Shown here: piece by piece, positions 43,980-53,655 of the stretch
Numbering within the stretch: the stretch's first letter is position 1
Layout of the letters: every line of letters starts with the position of its first letter
Source of the DNA: Alphaproteobacteria bacterium
GTDB lineage: Bacteria; Pseudomonadota; Alphaproteobacteria; UBA9219
NCBI GenBank assembly: GCA_034002905.1
Contig: JAVEZQ010000006.1
Location: 8,337 to 72,336 of the forward strand
Direction: 5' to 3'
DNA length: 64,000 bases
The notes under the pieces: generated by a model
Database searches by the model: none
What the model saw: the letters and a program-made list of their open reading frames with translations, nothing else
Told to the model about the DNA's origin: nothing
Program-made: the position numbers and the translations under genes

Positions 43980-45386
43980 ATGTCGGTTACATCAGCCTTG
44001 ACTGTTTCCATGTCTGGCATTCGGGCTGCTTCAACGATGTTAGAGTTGACAGCCAGCAACATTTCGAATGCCCAGACAGAAGGATACACGACCAAAAGTG
44101 TGGTAACGTCCTCGGCCCTGTTGGGAAACATCGGGGGCGGCACCAATGTTACTGGCTTTGAACGTGCAGAAAACAATTCGCTGTATGTCACCTTGGCAAA
44201 AGCCACAGCGAATAACGGCCTAAGGTCGGCGCAAGACGATTATCTGTCTCAGGTTCAGGATATTTTCGGAACAAGCAACAGCGACAATCCGACACTTAAT
44301 CAGGCATTATCCAGCTTTGTCTCCTCGTGGACTAATCTGGCCGCGACGCCGGAAAGCCTCGTGACGACACGGCAGGTTGTGCAGGATGCACAGGTTTTGG
44401 TTGATGAGATTGTGCGTATCTCCAGCGAGGTTGAGGATTTGGATCGTCAGTGCTTTGCCGAAGTCAATAGCACGCTTAAGGACCTTAATTCTTATTTGGA
44501 ACAGATTAAGGATTTAAACGTCAAGATTGCCCAAGCCTATAACTCCGGTCTTTCTAGCGGCGATTTGCGGGATCAACGCGATGTGTTGGTCTTAAGGGTT
44601 GCTGAAATTACGGGTGTGACCATTCTTCAAAGGGGTTTTGGACAAATTGCGCTCTATTCGGCCACGGGTTATCAGCTTGTGGATGGGGGGGCCTATCGGG
44701 AGTTTGTCTATGATGGGACAGACGTAACCTCGGCAGCAAATACAGCGCTTTCGCTCAACGAGGCTTTGGGTGGAGGAAGCCTTCAGGCTTTGGTCGATTT
44801 CCGCTCGACAACCGCGCCGGTTAGCACGTCCCCCGGGGTCAGTGTTATTCAAAAGCTCCGAAGCCAACTTGACGGCATTGCTGATGCCTTCTTGTCCACA
44901 ACAACGACAGCGACTTCAGGAGAGGTTACGTTTGCAACGGCCTATAATAGTGCAACGACAGGTGCGGGTCAGCTTGCGTCCGGCTTCTTTACGGGAACAG
45001 ATCGCACGGACATTGCCGTGAATGCGGCGTTGCTAAACGGAACATCGAGCGTCAAGAGCGGGGCGGCCCAAGCGGTCACGGACGCTTTGCTTGATGCGAC
45101 GCGTTCGTTTTCTGCAGATGGACTAACGATCTCGAATAGCAGCTATATGTCGCTCTTTACATCAAGCATAACGTCCTTCCAGCAGGCCGCGAACAATATC
45201 GCAACGCTGGCTGACACGGCGGCAAATGCCCATGATTACCTGAAGGAAAAATACACAAACGAAACAGGCGTTAATGTTGATAACGAGCTTATCAATCTTA
45301 CGACATTCCAAAATGCCTATGCGGCATCGGCCCATGCAATGTCGGTCGTGAAAGAAATGTTTCATACGCTGGAAAACTTGTTGTAA
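43980..45386 (+). CDS. flgK: Flagellar hook-associated protein 1 FlgK
   Basis: 468 aa. The N-terminus carries the rod/hook motif SGIRAASTMLELTASNISNAQTEGY, and the C-terminus reads ELINLTTFQNAYAASAHAMSVVKEMF. It lies between flgE and flgL. Confidence 0.88.
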   Translation: MSVTSALTVSMSGIRAASTMLELTASNISNAQTEGYTTKSVVTSSALLGNIGGGTNVTGFERAENNSLYVTLAKATANNGLRSAQDDYLSQVQDIFGTSNSDNPTLNQALSSFVSSWTNLAATPESLVTTRQVVQDAQVLVDEIVRISSEVEDLDRQCFAEVNSTLKDLNSYLEQIKDLNVKIAQAYNSGLSSGDLRDQRDVLVLRVAEITGVTILQRGFGQIALYSATGYQLVDGGAYREFVYDGTDVTSAANTALSLNEALGGGSLQALVDFRSTTAPVSTSPGVSVIQKLRSQLDGIADAFLSTTTTATSGEVTFATAYNSATTGAGQLASGFFTGTDRTDIAVNAALLNGTSSVKSGAAQAVTDALLDATRSFSADGLTISNSSYMSLFTSSITSFQQAANNIATLADTAANAHDYLKEKYTNETGVNVDNELINLTTFQNAYAASAHAMSVVKEMFHTLENLL

Positions 45387-45395
45387 GGGGATGTA

Positions 45396-46370
45396 ATGGT
45401 TGATTCTATCAGCACGATAGGCTTGATGCTTTCAAGCACCAAAAACTTGACGACCGGCCAGCTTTTGCTTTCAAAATTGTCTTCGCAGCTGACTACGGGC
45501 AAGTATTCGCTCAATATGTCGGATTATTCGACCGCTAATGCGCAAAAGCTGCTCGATTTCACAAGCACAATGGATCAGCAAAAAGGTTTTTTGGATGCCA
45601 TAACGGCCATCAAGCCTCGCATGGATGTGTATGATTTGGCCATGACGGGTATAGAGGATGTTGCAGGGCAAGCCATGACATCTATCGCTTCGGCGGGCAC
45701 TTATAACCCCTCCTCGAATTCAAGCTTGGCGAGCCAGATTAAAGGGTATCTCGATCAGGTCGAATATTATCTCAACCAAAAGGTTGGCGAGCGTTATATT
45801 TTTTCAGGCTCACGTTATAGTCAGGCGCCTGTGGGCGATCTGTTGTCGCTGTCGGTGCCCCCGACTGAAACGGCCCCCTACCTTGCGACGGGGGATACGG
45901 TTCCTTCTTATGACACGGATTATGACGCGCTTGATCCCGCGGCGCTTGTTCCAGAGGCCAATGTTCATGAGCAGGCAACTATTGATACCACAAAAAAGGT
46001 GACTTATGGCCTGACGAGTAACGAGGACGGGTTCCAGCAGCTCATCATGGGCTTGCGTTTTGCCTATGCTGCAACGCAGGATGAAGCGAACTATCAAAGC
46101 TATATGTCGACGGCGCGGGGCCTTATAACGACAGGTCTTGACAATATCCGCGCTGTTCATACGGATTCGACGAATGCCTATGCCACATTGAAAAAAACTG
46201 AAGATAACATTGATACAAAGATTGAAAGCCTGACGTCCCAAATTGATAAAATTGAGGGCGTTGACCTGAACGAAGTCGCTGTTAAAATAACGACGCTTCA
46301 GGCCCAGCTTGAGGCATCCTATTCCGCCGTATCCAATATGATCAATTTGTCGATACTCAAGTTCCTCTGA
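45396..46370 (+). CDS. flgL: Flagellar hook-associated protein 3 FlgL
   Basis: 324 aa with flagellin-like N- and C-terminal helices (the C-terminus is LNEVAVKITTLQAQLEASYSAVSNMINLSILKFL). It follows flgK. Confidence 0.82.
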   Translation: MVDSISTIGLMLSSTKNLTTGQLLLSKLSSQLTTGKYSLNMSDYSTANAQKLLDFTSTMDQQKGFLDAITAIKPRMDVYDLAMTGIEDVAGQAMTSIASAGTYNPSSNSSLASQIKGYLDQVEYYLNQKVGERYIFSGSRYSQAPVGDLLSLSVPPTETAPYLATGDTVPSYDTDYDALDPAALVPEANVHEQATIDTTKKVTYGLTSNEDGFQQLIMGLRFAYAATQDEANYQSYMSTARGLITTGLDNIRAVHTDSTNAYATLKKTEDNIDTKIESLTSQIDKIEGVDLNEVAVKITTLQAQLEASYSAVSNMINLSILKFL

Positions 46371-46388
46371 TATAGAAGAAAGGACCCC

Positions 46389-47867
46389 ATGGTTACCTCT
46401 ATTAATATTGCTCATGATTTGAGTCCCGTCCGCTTGAGCTATGTTGCGGCGCTCAGGGGCGTCTTGCCGCTTAAGCCGCTGGACGATTTTAGCTATGCTG
46501 TCATAGGTTCTTTTGATGTCGACGATTTGCTTTGTCTTGCCGCCAGTAATCCGCAAGGGGCTTTTTACGCTGTTGTCGAGGATTCTGTTCGCCGACAGGG
46601 CTTCGAAGCCTTTGCGCGCGAGCGCTTCTCCTCGAATGTCCGTTTTGTTGCGCAGGAATCCGATCTTCCCAAAGACCTGACCTATCTTTGTGCCTGTACG
46701 ACGCAGAATAAGCCAAGCGACCAAGAAGTGGCCTTTGACGTTGCCGCTGAACATTTGGCCCCTTCCGGCGTTTTTTGCTTTGGCTATCAGGCCTATGCCA
46801 ATTCCGACGAAGCTTTGCGGTTCTTGATCGAGGAATATGCACCCGAACTTTCCGATGCGCAGGCCAAGGAGTTTTTGGGCGAGCTTAAGGATCTTGGCCC
46901 CCTTTATTTTGAAGAGCATCCGATTGCTAAGACCGCTTTGGAAAAAGCCATCGCGGCGCAAGATCCTTCTTTATTTTTCTCGGCATGTTTGCCTGCTGAC
47001 GGAACCAGCACGGTATCGGGAACCTTTGAGGTGATGAAAGGATTGTTGCCCCGTTCTTTTGCTTTTGCGGGCAGCGCTGATTTTGCTTCGAACTATCTCC
47101 AACTGTCCGCGCCGCCTTCGGCCTATGCGGCACTGGAGAAATGCAACGATCAATTGTTGTATGAACCAATCAAGGATTTTGTGTTGGGGCGTTGCGTGCG
47201 TTATGACCTTTGGGTCAAGATGCCCGTGGAGCAATCAGGAGACCCTGCGGCATTGTTTGGCTATTTCACCTTTGGCATCACGATGCCCCGCGAGAAGGTT
47301 CCGACAAGCTTTAAAACCAGAGAAGCGGACATCTCGTTTGTTTCCCCGCTGTTCATGCGTTTGATTGACTTGATGTGTACGCTGCCCATGGGGATTGGTG
47401 ATTTCCTTCAGCATCCAGCTGGACAGGGAATGAACCCCCAAGACGTCGTTGCCGCCATTCAGGTTCTTGTCGCCTGCGGGATTGCGCAGCCTATGCGCTC
47501 CCGTTATGAGGGGCGGATCGAAGCGGATATACAGCGTCCGTCATGGGCCAGTTCCTACAACAAATTCCTGAACAAGGAAGGAGTCGCTAGCTCGACTGTT
47601 CGTTTGGCTTCGCCCATTATTGGTGGGGCCATTACGATTTCGGCCAAAGAGGCTCTTGTGCTTCAGGCAATCAATCAGGTGGGAATCCCGAATTCTGCCG
47701 GTATCTTGCAGCCTATGTTGCAGAATCTGGTTCGTACCAATCCGGGGCTTGCCGCACAGATTCTTCAAACCACGGAGCCGACAGACGAGGTGGTTCATAA
47801 TCTTTTGACCAGCACGCTTTCAACAGAACTGCCCCATTGGTATGCCTATGGTCTTTTGGCTGCCTAA
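46389..47867 (+). CDS. Methyltransferase-regulatory-domain-like protein with a degenerate SAM-binding motif
   Basis: 492 aa. The N-terminal layout resembles class I methyltransferases of the 'methyltransferase regulatory domain' family, but the expected E/DxGxGxG position reads AVIGSFDVDD. The assignment comes from remembered family architecture only. Confidence 0.4.
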   Translation: MVTSINIAHDLSPVRLSYVAALRGVLPLKPLDDFSYAVIGSFDVDDLLCLAASNPQGAFYAVVEDSVRRQGFEAFARERFSSNVRFVAQESDLPKDLTYLCACTTQNKPSDQEVAFDVAAEHLAPSGVFCFGYQAYANSDEALRFLIEEYAPELSDAQAKEFLGELKDLGPLYFEEHPIAKTALEKAIAAQDPSLFFSACLPADGTSTVSGTFEVMKGLLPRSFAFAGSADFASNYLQLSAPPSAYAALEKCNDQLLYEPIKDFVLGRCVRYDLWVKMPVEQSGDPAALFGYFTFGITMPREKVPTSFKTREADISFVSPLFMRLIDLMCTLPMGIGDFLQHPAGQGMNPQDVVAAIQVLVACGIAQPMRSRYEGRIEADIQRPSWASSYNKFLNKEGVASSTVRLASPIIGGAITISAKEALVLQAINQVGIPNSAGILQPMLQNLVRTNPGLAAQILQTTEPTDEVVHNLLTSTLSTELPHWYAYGLLAA

Positions 47868-47925
47868 GTAATTGCAAAGCAGGCAGGGACTTGTTTCCTG
47901 CCTCGCTTCGCGGCATGATGGGGTC

Positions 47926-48651
47926 ATGAAGCTTTCCGCCAACTCGACCTCGCGGCAAAGGCTGTATGCCGTCGGGGATATTCATGGCCGTATCGACTTG
48001 CTTTCTCGGCTTTTGGCCGAGATTGAGGCGGATGCGATGCGTCATGAGGGCCGGAAAAAGAAACTCATTTTTCTTGGCGATTATGTTGATCGTGGCATCG
48101 ACTCGCGTGCTGTTCTTGAGCGGTTGACGCAGGGCTTTGCGGCGGGGCTTGATCCTGTTTTTCTACGTGGCAACCACGAAGATATGATGTTGACCTTTAT
48201 GAAGGGACGCTTGGAGGTTGCCGATTTATGGTTGACGCATGGCGGTGTGCCGACCTTGGCAAGCTACGGCCTTCATGCCTTTGTTGGACATCCCGCAACA
48301 CGAACGCCAGCGTTTGCTAAGGAGCTTGCTCAGAAAGTCCCGCCCCATCACCATGCTTTCTTGGAAAACACCATTTTCTCGGCGACCTTTGGCGATTATT
48401 ATTTTGTGCATGCGGGCGTCAGGCCGGATGTGCCGCTTGATAAGCAGAAGCCGGATCAGCAGATGTGGATTCGCGGCGAGTTTCTTTATTCGACCCACGA
48501 TTTCGGCAAGATTGTCGTGCATGGCCACACGATTGTGGGGGAGCCAGAGGTCAGGCCCAATCGCATCGATATTGATACGGGGGCCTACGCAACGGGACGT
48601 TTGACCTGTCTCGTTCTTGATGGTGCGACGCGGTCTTTCCTTTCAACGTGA
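47926..48651 (+). CDS. Metallophosphoesterase (PPP-family Ser/Thr phosphatase / ApaH-like)
   Basis: The motifs appear in order: GDIHG, GDYVDRG, RGNHE, HGG, VHAG, GHT. The ATG is at 47926 (241 aa). Confidence 0.85.
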   Translation: MKLSANSTSRQRLYAVGDIHGRIDLLSRLLAEIEADAMRHEGRKKKLIFLGDYVDRGIDSRAVLERLTQGFAAGLDPVFLRGNHEDMMLTFMKGRLEVADLWLTHGGVPTLASYGLHAFVGHPATRTPAFAKELAQKVPPHHHAFLENTIFSATFGDYYFVHAGVRPDVPLDKQKPDQQMWIRGEFLYSTHDFGKIVVHGHTIVGEPEVRPNRIDIDTGAYATGRLTCLVLDGATRSFLST

Positions 48652-50817
48652 CGTTGTCTCTTCTTCACTTTCTTTTTCGGCAGGCCCGATCATAAGCGAC
48701 CATGGCCGTCTGGCCTCGGGCGTGCGGGCGTGCTCGATGATAAAGTTGTTTTTGTGAAAGGTAATGGCGTAGCTGCCATTTTGTTGCCGCTCTTGTGCTG
48801 TGATGACTGTTGTTGACGAGGGACATTCGGCTACGGGAAGATAGGCGATAACGATAGTCGCCGCTGGACAAGCCACTTCTGAAGCTGGTGGAGCGGGCTC
48901 GTCTTTTTGTCCCTTTTTCTTGCGTTGCTTGGGTTCGGGCAGGGTAAAGGCGATGGAAGTTGTTCCCTTGTTAAAGGTGCAAACAGTCCCGCTGCAGGAA
49001 AGCTCTGTCCCGTAATCGGGCCATTTGTTGCCGATATAATATTCCGGTGTGGCATCCATCATGCGCTGTTGCCATTGAACGGTTGTAAAGTTTTCTTGCC
49101 GTGCGCCAAAGACGACCATAGTTTTGTTATCCAGCTGTACGGCCCACATCGGTTTTTCGGCGCTGAGCATGACAGAGGGGGCTGTTGAAAACAGAGGAAA
49201 AGCCAAACCCGCCAGAACAAGCAGGATTCCGATATAGCGCCTTGTCCCTTGCCACAGGCAAAGCCACAGACCGCCACCAACCATGAAAAACAGGGCCCAT
49301 ACCGGCATGGGGGGGAAGGGTATGCGTACCAGCGGCCAAGAGGAAACGGCGTGGGCAACAGCGATGATGAATTTTACGCCTAACCCTGCGCCATGGATAA
49401 ACAGACTGTCGAGGTTAAACGGCGCTGTGATGTAGGTAAGAAGAAGGCACGGCATCACCCAAAAGCTTGTCAGCGGAATAGCGATCATGTTGGCTAGAAC
49501 GCCATAAAAGCTGAAGGTCTGGAAATGATACAGGGTAAACGGTGTCGTGGCGGCTGTAGCGATCAAGGAGGTGATCAGGATTTCTTTGAGGAAGATATAG
49601 GTTTTGCCGATTAGTGCCAGCGGCATACTGGAAAAAGCTGTAGAGGTTTCGGACTTTTTGCGACCTTCGTAATAGGAGATCATGGCAATGACCGCCGCGA
49701 AGGACATCTGGAAACTGGGGCCAAGCGCTTCGCTGGGTGCTATAAGGAGAATGGCAATGGCAGCCAAAGCGACCACGCGCAAGCTCAGGGCCTGTCGGTC
49801 AAGAATAATGCCGAAAAAGACAATGCCGATCATCAGAGCCGAACGAACAGTTGGGGCATCGGCTCCGACGAGCAGCGTGTAAAGTGTTGTCGCAAGGATG
49901 GCCGCGCACGCGGCAATTTTCTTGATGGGGAGGCGCAAGGCAACCCATGGCAGCAGGGCGAAGATAAAGCGCAAGGGGATATAGACTAGCAGCGCCATCA
50001 TGCTGACATGCACGCCGGAAATTGATAAGAGATGTGAAAGTCCTGAGGCGCGCATAGCCTTCATGGTGTCCTTGTCGATGGCCGATTGTGTGCCCGACAA
50101 AAGAGCGGCGGTCATATCCCGCTCTGCCCCTTGCAAAAGGGAATAGGTATCGAGGATCAACTTGCGACGCGCTTTTTCGAGGAGGATCATAAAGCCATCC
50201 CAGAAAAAGCGTGGCGGATACCGCGCTTCTTTAATCTCGGGCTGGACATAGGACAGACCCGTGGCTCCCAGACCTGTGAAATAGGCATGACGACGGAAAT
50301 CATAACCGTTCGGCATAACGGCTTCACCCGGAGGCCATAAAGGCCCCCAGAGGTTCAGGCGTGTGCCAGCTTGGGGTAAATCAGGAAAGGGCGTGCGTAC
50401 CTTCATGCGGACAAGGGATGGGCGATCTTTTTTCTCGACGCCTTTGATCCATGGGTTTTTGAGTGTCAAGCGGGCCCCGTCTGGTAAAGGTTCGGCGCGC
50501 ATCAGTGTTCCGATCATGGAAACGGGCCCGATCTTTTGATCAAGCAGACGAGTGTCGAGCCGCAGGGTTTCGAGTTGTGCCGCGTTGAAGCCAAGCGTGA
50601 AGGTTAACAGGATGGTTAAGATCGTGCTTGCGATCCACAATCGTTCTGTCCGTTTTGCAAGAAGGGATATGAGGGCCAGAAGCGGGCTCGCAAGGAGCCA
50701 ATAAGGGGAGGGCTCCTGCAAAAGCGCGTGATAGGCCAAAACGCCACACAAAAGGCCAACGGGTGTCCAAAGAAACCAACGCGTGCGTTCGCTGGAAAAG
50801 AAAAAGATCGGGTTCAC
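48643..50817 (-). CDS. comEC: DNA internalization-related competence protein ComEC/Rec2
   Basis: It is a multi-TM protein with a competence domain (LLSISGVHVSMM) and a C-terminal region. The track ORF starts at TTG 50886, exactly where divergent gltX begins. An in-frame GTG at 50817 leaves a 68-nt divergent promoter region. The start remains uncertain. Confidence 0.8.
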   Translation of the reverse strand: MNPIFFFSSERTRWFLWTPVGLLCGVLAYHALLQEPSPYWLLASPLLALISLLAKRTERLWIASTILTILLTFTLGFNAAQLETLRLDTRLLDQKIGPVSMIGTLMRAEPLPDGARLTLKNPWIKGVEKKDRPSLVRMKVRTPFPDLPQAGTRLNLWGPLWPPGEAVMPNGYDFRRHAYFTGLGATGLSYVQPEIKEARYPPRFFWDGFMILLEKARRKLILDTYSLLQGAERDMTAALLSGTQSAIDKDTMKAMRASGLSHLLSISGVHVSMMALLVYIPLRFIFALLPWVALRLPIKKIAACAAILATTLYTLLVGADAPTVRSALMIGIVFFGIILDRQALSLRVVALAAIAILLIAPSEALGPSFQMSFAAVIAMISYYEGRKKSETSTAFSSMPLALIGKTYIFLKEILITSLIATAATTPFTLYHFQTFSFYGVLANMIAIPLTSFWVMPCLLLTYITAPFNLDSLFIHGAGLGVKFIIAVAHAVSSWPLVRIPFPPMPVWALFFMVGGGLWLCLWQGTRRYIGILLVLAGLAFPLFSTAPSVMLSAEKPMWAVQLDNKTMVVFGARQENFTTVQWQQRMMDATPEYYIGNKWPDYGTELSCSGTVCTFNKGTTSIAFTLPEPKQRKKKGQKDEPAPPASEVACPAATIVIAYLPVAECPSSTTVITAQERQQNGSYAITFHKNNFIIEHARTPEARRPWSLMIGPAEKESEEETTSR

Positions 50818-50885
50818 AAAGCGCCTTAATCGCTGTAGGTTGAGCCGTTTTCTGTCTCTTAAACATCTTTTTGTGGTTATGTGCA

Positions 50886-52307
50886 ATGTCTGTGGTTGTT
50901 CGCTTTGCGCCGTCTCCGACGGGTTTTCTTCATATCGGCGGGGCCCGCACGGCCCTTTTTAACTGGCTTTATGCGCGCCATACGGGCGGCAAGTTCTATA
51001 TGCGTGTCGAAGATACCGACCGCGAGCGCTCCACGCCTGAATCTGTGCAAACGATTTTGGACGGTATGCTGTGGCTAGGCATGGACTGGGACAACAAGGA
51101 CACCGCCCAGAATAACGGAAAAAGCTATTATTCCCAGTACGAGATGCGCGCCCGCCATGTCGAGGTTGCCGAACAGATGATTGCAGCGGGCAAGGCCTAT
51201 TATTGCTATGCCTCGCCTGAAGAGCTCGGGGCGATGCGTGAAGAGCAAAAAGCCAAAGGCCTGCCCATGCGTTATGACGGGCGCTGGCGCGACCGCCCGG
51301 CAAGTGATGCGCCGGCGGGGGTTAAGCCGGTCATTCGTTTGAAAGCGCCGCTTGAAGGCGAGACGGTTGTTGATGATCTGGTCAAGGGAACGGTGACCGT
51401 TCAAAACAGCCAGTTGGATGATATGGTGCTTGTGCGGGGCGATGGCTCGCCAACCTATATGCTGGCCGTTGTGGTTGACGATCACGATATGGGTATTACG
51501 CACGTCATTCGCGGTGACGATCATTTCACCAATACATTCCGCCAGATCCAGATTTATCGGGCGATGGGCTGGGATTTGCCGCGTTTTGCGCATTTGCCCA
51601 TGATATTGGGGCCGGATGGGGCCAAGCTGTCCAAGCGTCACGGGGCGCCGGCCGTGTCGGACTATCGTGATCGCGGGTATTTGCCGGAGGCGATCTGTAA
51701 TTATCTGTTAAGGTTATGCTGGGCCCATGGGGACGATGAAATCATCCCGATGAAGCAGGCGATCGAATGGTTTGACTTTGACGGGGTCGGGCGTTCACCT
51801 GCCCGCTTTGACTTTGCCAAGCTCAACCATCTCAATGGACATTATATCGGCCAGACGCCGGATGACGTGCTCGCTCGACTGGCCCAGCCTTTCGTTGAAA
51901 AGGTGATTGGTCGTGTCCTTTCGGACACGGATCTTGACCTGTTGACGCAGGCTTTACCGGACATCAAGCCACGCGTTCAGCTTTTAACCGAGATTGCCGA
52001 GGCGGCCCAGTTCTATTTCCAGAGCCTAGCGCCTGATGAAAAGGCCCTCAAGATACTGAGTGCTGAGGCGAAAGGTCTTTTGGCCCAACTGGCTTCACGC
52101 ATGGAGGTTCTTGCCTCTTTCTCCAAAGAAGAGGTCGAAGGGCTGTTCCGCAGCTTTGCCGAAGAGCAGGGAGTCAAGCTTGGCTCCGTTGCACAGCCGT
52201 TACGAGCCGCCCTTACAGGAAGAGGGGTTTCTCCACCCATTTTTGCCGCTGCGGCCCTTTTGGGCAAAGACGAGACCGTAAAAAGGGTCAGGAACGCGAC
52301 CCGTTAA
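50886..52307 (+). CDS. gltX: Glutamate--tRNA ligase
   Basis: An ATG at 50886 gives MSVVVRFAPSPTGFLHIGGART (HIGH motif). The KMSKS-type motif is KLSKRHG. The product is 473 aa. Confidence 0.95.
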   Translation: MSVVVRFAPSPTGFLHIGGARTALFNWLYARHTGGKFYMRVEDTDRERSTPESVQTILDGMLWLGMDWDNKDTAQNNGKSYYSQYEMRARHVEVAEQMIAAGKAYYCYASPEELGAMREEQKAKGLPMRYDGRWRDRPASDAPAGVKPVIRLKAPLEGETVVDDLVKGTVTVQNSQLDDMVLVRGDGSPTYMLAVVVDDHDMGITHVIRGDDHFTNTFRQIQIYRAMGWDLPRFAHLPMILGPDGAKLSKRHGAPAVSDYRDRGYLPEAICNYLLRLCWAHGDDEIIPMKQAIEWFDFDGVGRSPARFDFAKLNHLNGHYIGQTPDDVLARLAQPFVEKVIGRVLSDTDLDLLTQALPDIKPRVQLLTEIAEAAQFYFQSLAPDEKALKILSAEAKGLLAQLASRMEVLASFSKEEVEGLFRSFAEEQGVKLGSVAQPLRAALTGRGVSPPIFAAAALLGKDETVKRVRNATR

Positions 52308-52422
52308 CACAAATTTGAGAGTTCATGCTGTATCCATGAAAATACTTTCATGCGTTGTCTTTTCTTGTTCCTCAGCGGGATAGGGGATAAAACGTGAAAG
52401 AATAACGTAAGGCAGGATTAGC

Positions 52423-52929
52423 GTGACAGACGAAAAGCAACTTCTTACGGATCAAGTGACGGACACGGACAAGGATGTCGCGCCGCGCGCACCAGTTGTT
52501 GTGACGGCGTCGTGGTCGGAACAAGACGAGCTTTTACGTGCGATGTGGCAGGATAAAAAAACACCTGAAGAAATCGCCGCTGCTCTTGGCCGTTCGGTTG
52601 CTGCCATTATGACGCGTGCGGCGCGTTTGGGGTTGCCGCGCCGTATGGCGCCGGGCCGCAAACGTGGATACAAGCGTACGGAGTCTTCACGTAAATCACC
52701 TGTCATGATGGGAGCAGCGCGCGTTCGTGTTCGTGTTTCCACGGCAGATTATGTCGAAGATGAGGATATGCGGCCACGGCCTGAAGTTAAAATGCGCGTA
52801 TGCCTTATGTGTTTAAACAAGTTTCAATCTTTGGGAGCCTTCAATCGCATTTGCCCGTCCTGCAAGGGGTCGGCGGAGTATGCCACGGGCAGCAGCACGC
52901 CGGACTTTACCTTTAAAGTTACGACATGA
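52423..52929 (+). CDS. GcrA-N-terminal-like HTH protein with a C-terminal Cys4 zinc-ribbon
   Basis: 168 aa from a GTG start. The segment WSEQDELLRAMWQDKKTPEEIAAALGRSVAAIMTRAARLGLPRR resembles the GcrA N-terminal DNA-binding segment. The C-terminus CLMCLNKF...ICPSCKG has two CxxC pairs. It lies 89 nt upstream of icmL on the same strand. Confidence 0.5.
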   Translation: MTDEKQLLTDQVTDTDKDVAPRAPVVVTASWSEQDELLRAMWQDKKTPEEIAAALGRSVAAIMTRAARLGLPRRMAPGRKRGYKRTESSRKSPVMMGAARVRVRVSTADYVEDEDMRPRPEVKMRVCLMCLNKFQSLGAFNRICPSCKGSAEYATGSSTPDFTFKVTT

Positions 52930-52956
52930 AGATAGCGGCTCTGAAGATAGCGGCTC
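52927..52956 (+). repeat. Perfect tandem 15-bp direct repeat (tgaagatagcggctc x2, plus a partial third copy) upstream of icmL
   Basis: The units are 52927-52941 and 52942-52956, followed by ttgaagaaa. The first unit begins with the stop codon of the preceding gene. Confidence 0.9.
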
Positions 52957-53018
52957 TTGAAGAAATTGAGTTAGGAACTGCAGCCTGAAAAGCGGGTTGC
53001 AAAAAAGGAGATCCGGCA

Positions 53019-53651
53019 ATGGCACTTTCAGATGCAATTTCCACCGTTTTGTCGCGTAATGTGTTTTATCGGGACGGCTATCGCCTTTTGATGCGGATCA
53101 GCTTGATCCAAGGCATGGCGATTGTCTTGCTGATTGCGGCCGTTATCTCGATGATTCTGTCGATGGACACGCGTTATGTGTATTTTGCCACAACGTCCGA
53201 TGGCCGTATCATCAACATTGTGCCGCTCAATGAGCCCTTCCGTTCGCGTGGATTCGTTATCGCATGGGCAGCAGGCAAGGCCCAAGAGGTCATGCGCTTT
53301 GGTTACAGCGATTTCCGTCAGCGGTTACAGTCTTCTTCTGTCAATTTCACACCTACGGGATGGGAAAGCTTTACAAAAGCGATGCGGGAAGCCCGTATCT
53401 TGGAGGCGATCGAGGCACGCAAACTCACGGTCAACATGCAGATCGAAGCGGCGCCTGAGGTTGAGAAGGCCTATGTTCATGACGGTGTTTATACATGGAT
53501 CCTTCGTTTTCCTGTCACCATTACTTTTGATGGTACTGAAGCGCCCTCAGCCATCTCGGCCAATCTTGTTCTACAGGTTGTTCGTGTTTCGACACTTCAA
53601 AATCCTGAAGGCATTAGTATTGAGCAGTGGATTGCTGTGACGGGGAGATAA
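53019..53651 (+). CDS. icmL: T4BSS inner-membrane protein IcmL/DotI (TraM family)
   Basis: 210 aa, close to the ~212 aa of Legionella IcmL. It shows RNVFYRDGYRLLMR, a TM helix, YFATTSDGRIINIVPLNEP, and the C-terminal VRVSTLQNPEGISIEQWI. An AAGGAG Shine-Dalgarno is present. Confidence 0.85.
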   Translation: MALSDAISTVLSRNVFYRDGYRLLMRISLIQGMAIVLLIAAVISMILSMDTRYVYFATTSDGRIINIVPLNEPFRSRGFVIAWAAGKAQEVMRFGYSDFRQRLQSSSVNFTPTGWESFTKAMREARILEAIEARKLTVNMQIEAAPEVEKAYVHDGVYTWILRFPVTITFDGTEAPSAISANLVLQVVRVSTLQNPEGISIEQWIAVTGR

Positions 53652-53655
53652 CGGC

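Noticed and set aside
45810-46961. A 383-aa ORF antisense to flgL and the downstream methyltransferase-like gene
   Set aside because: It spans two sense-strand genes and their intergenic gap. Its composition is Arg/Ile/Gly-rich and repetitive, with no motifs, so it is a shadow ORF.
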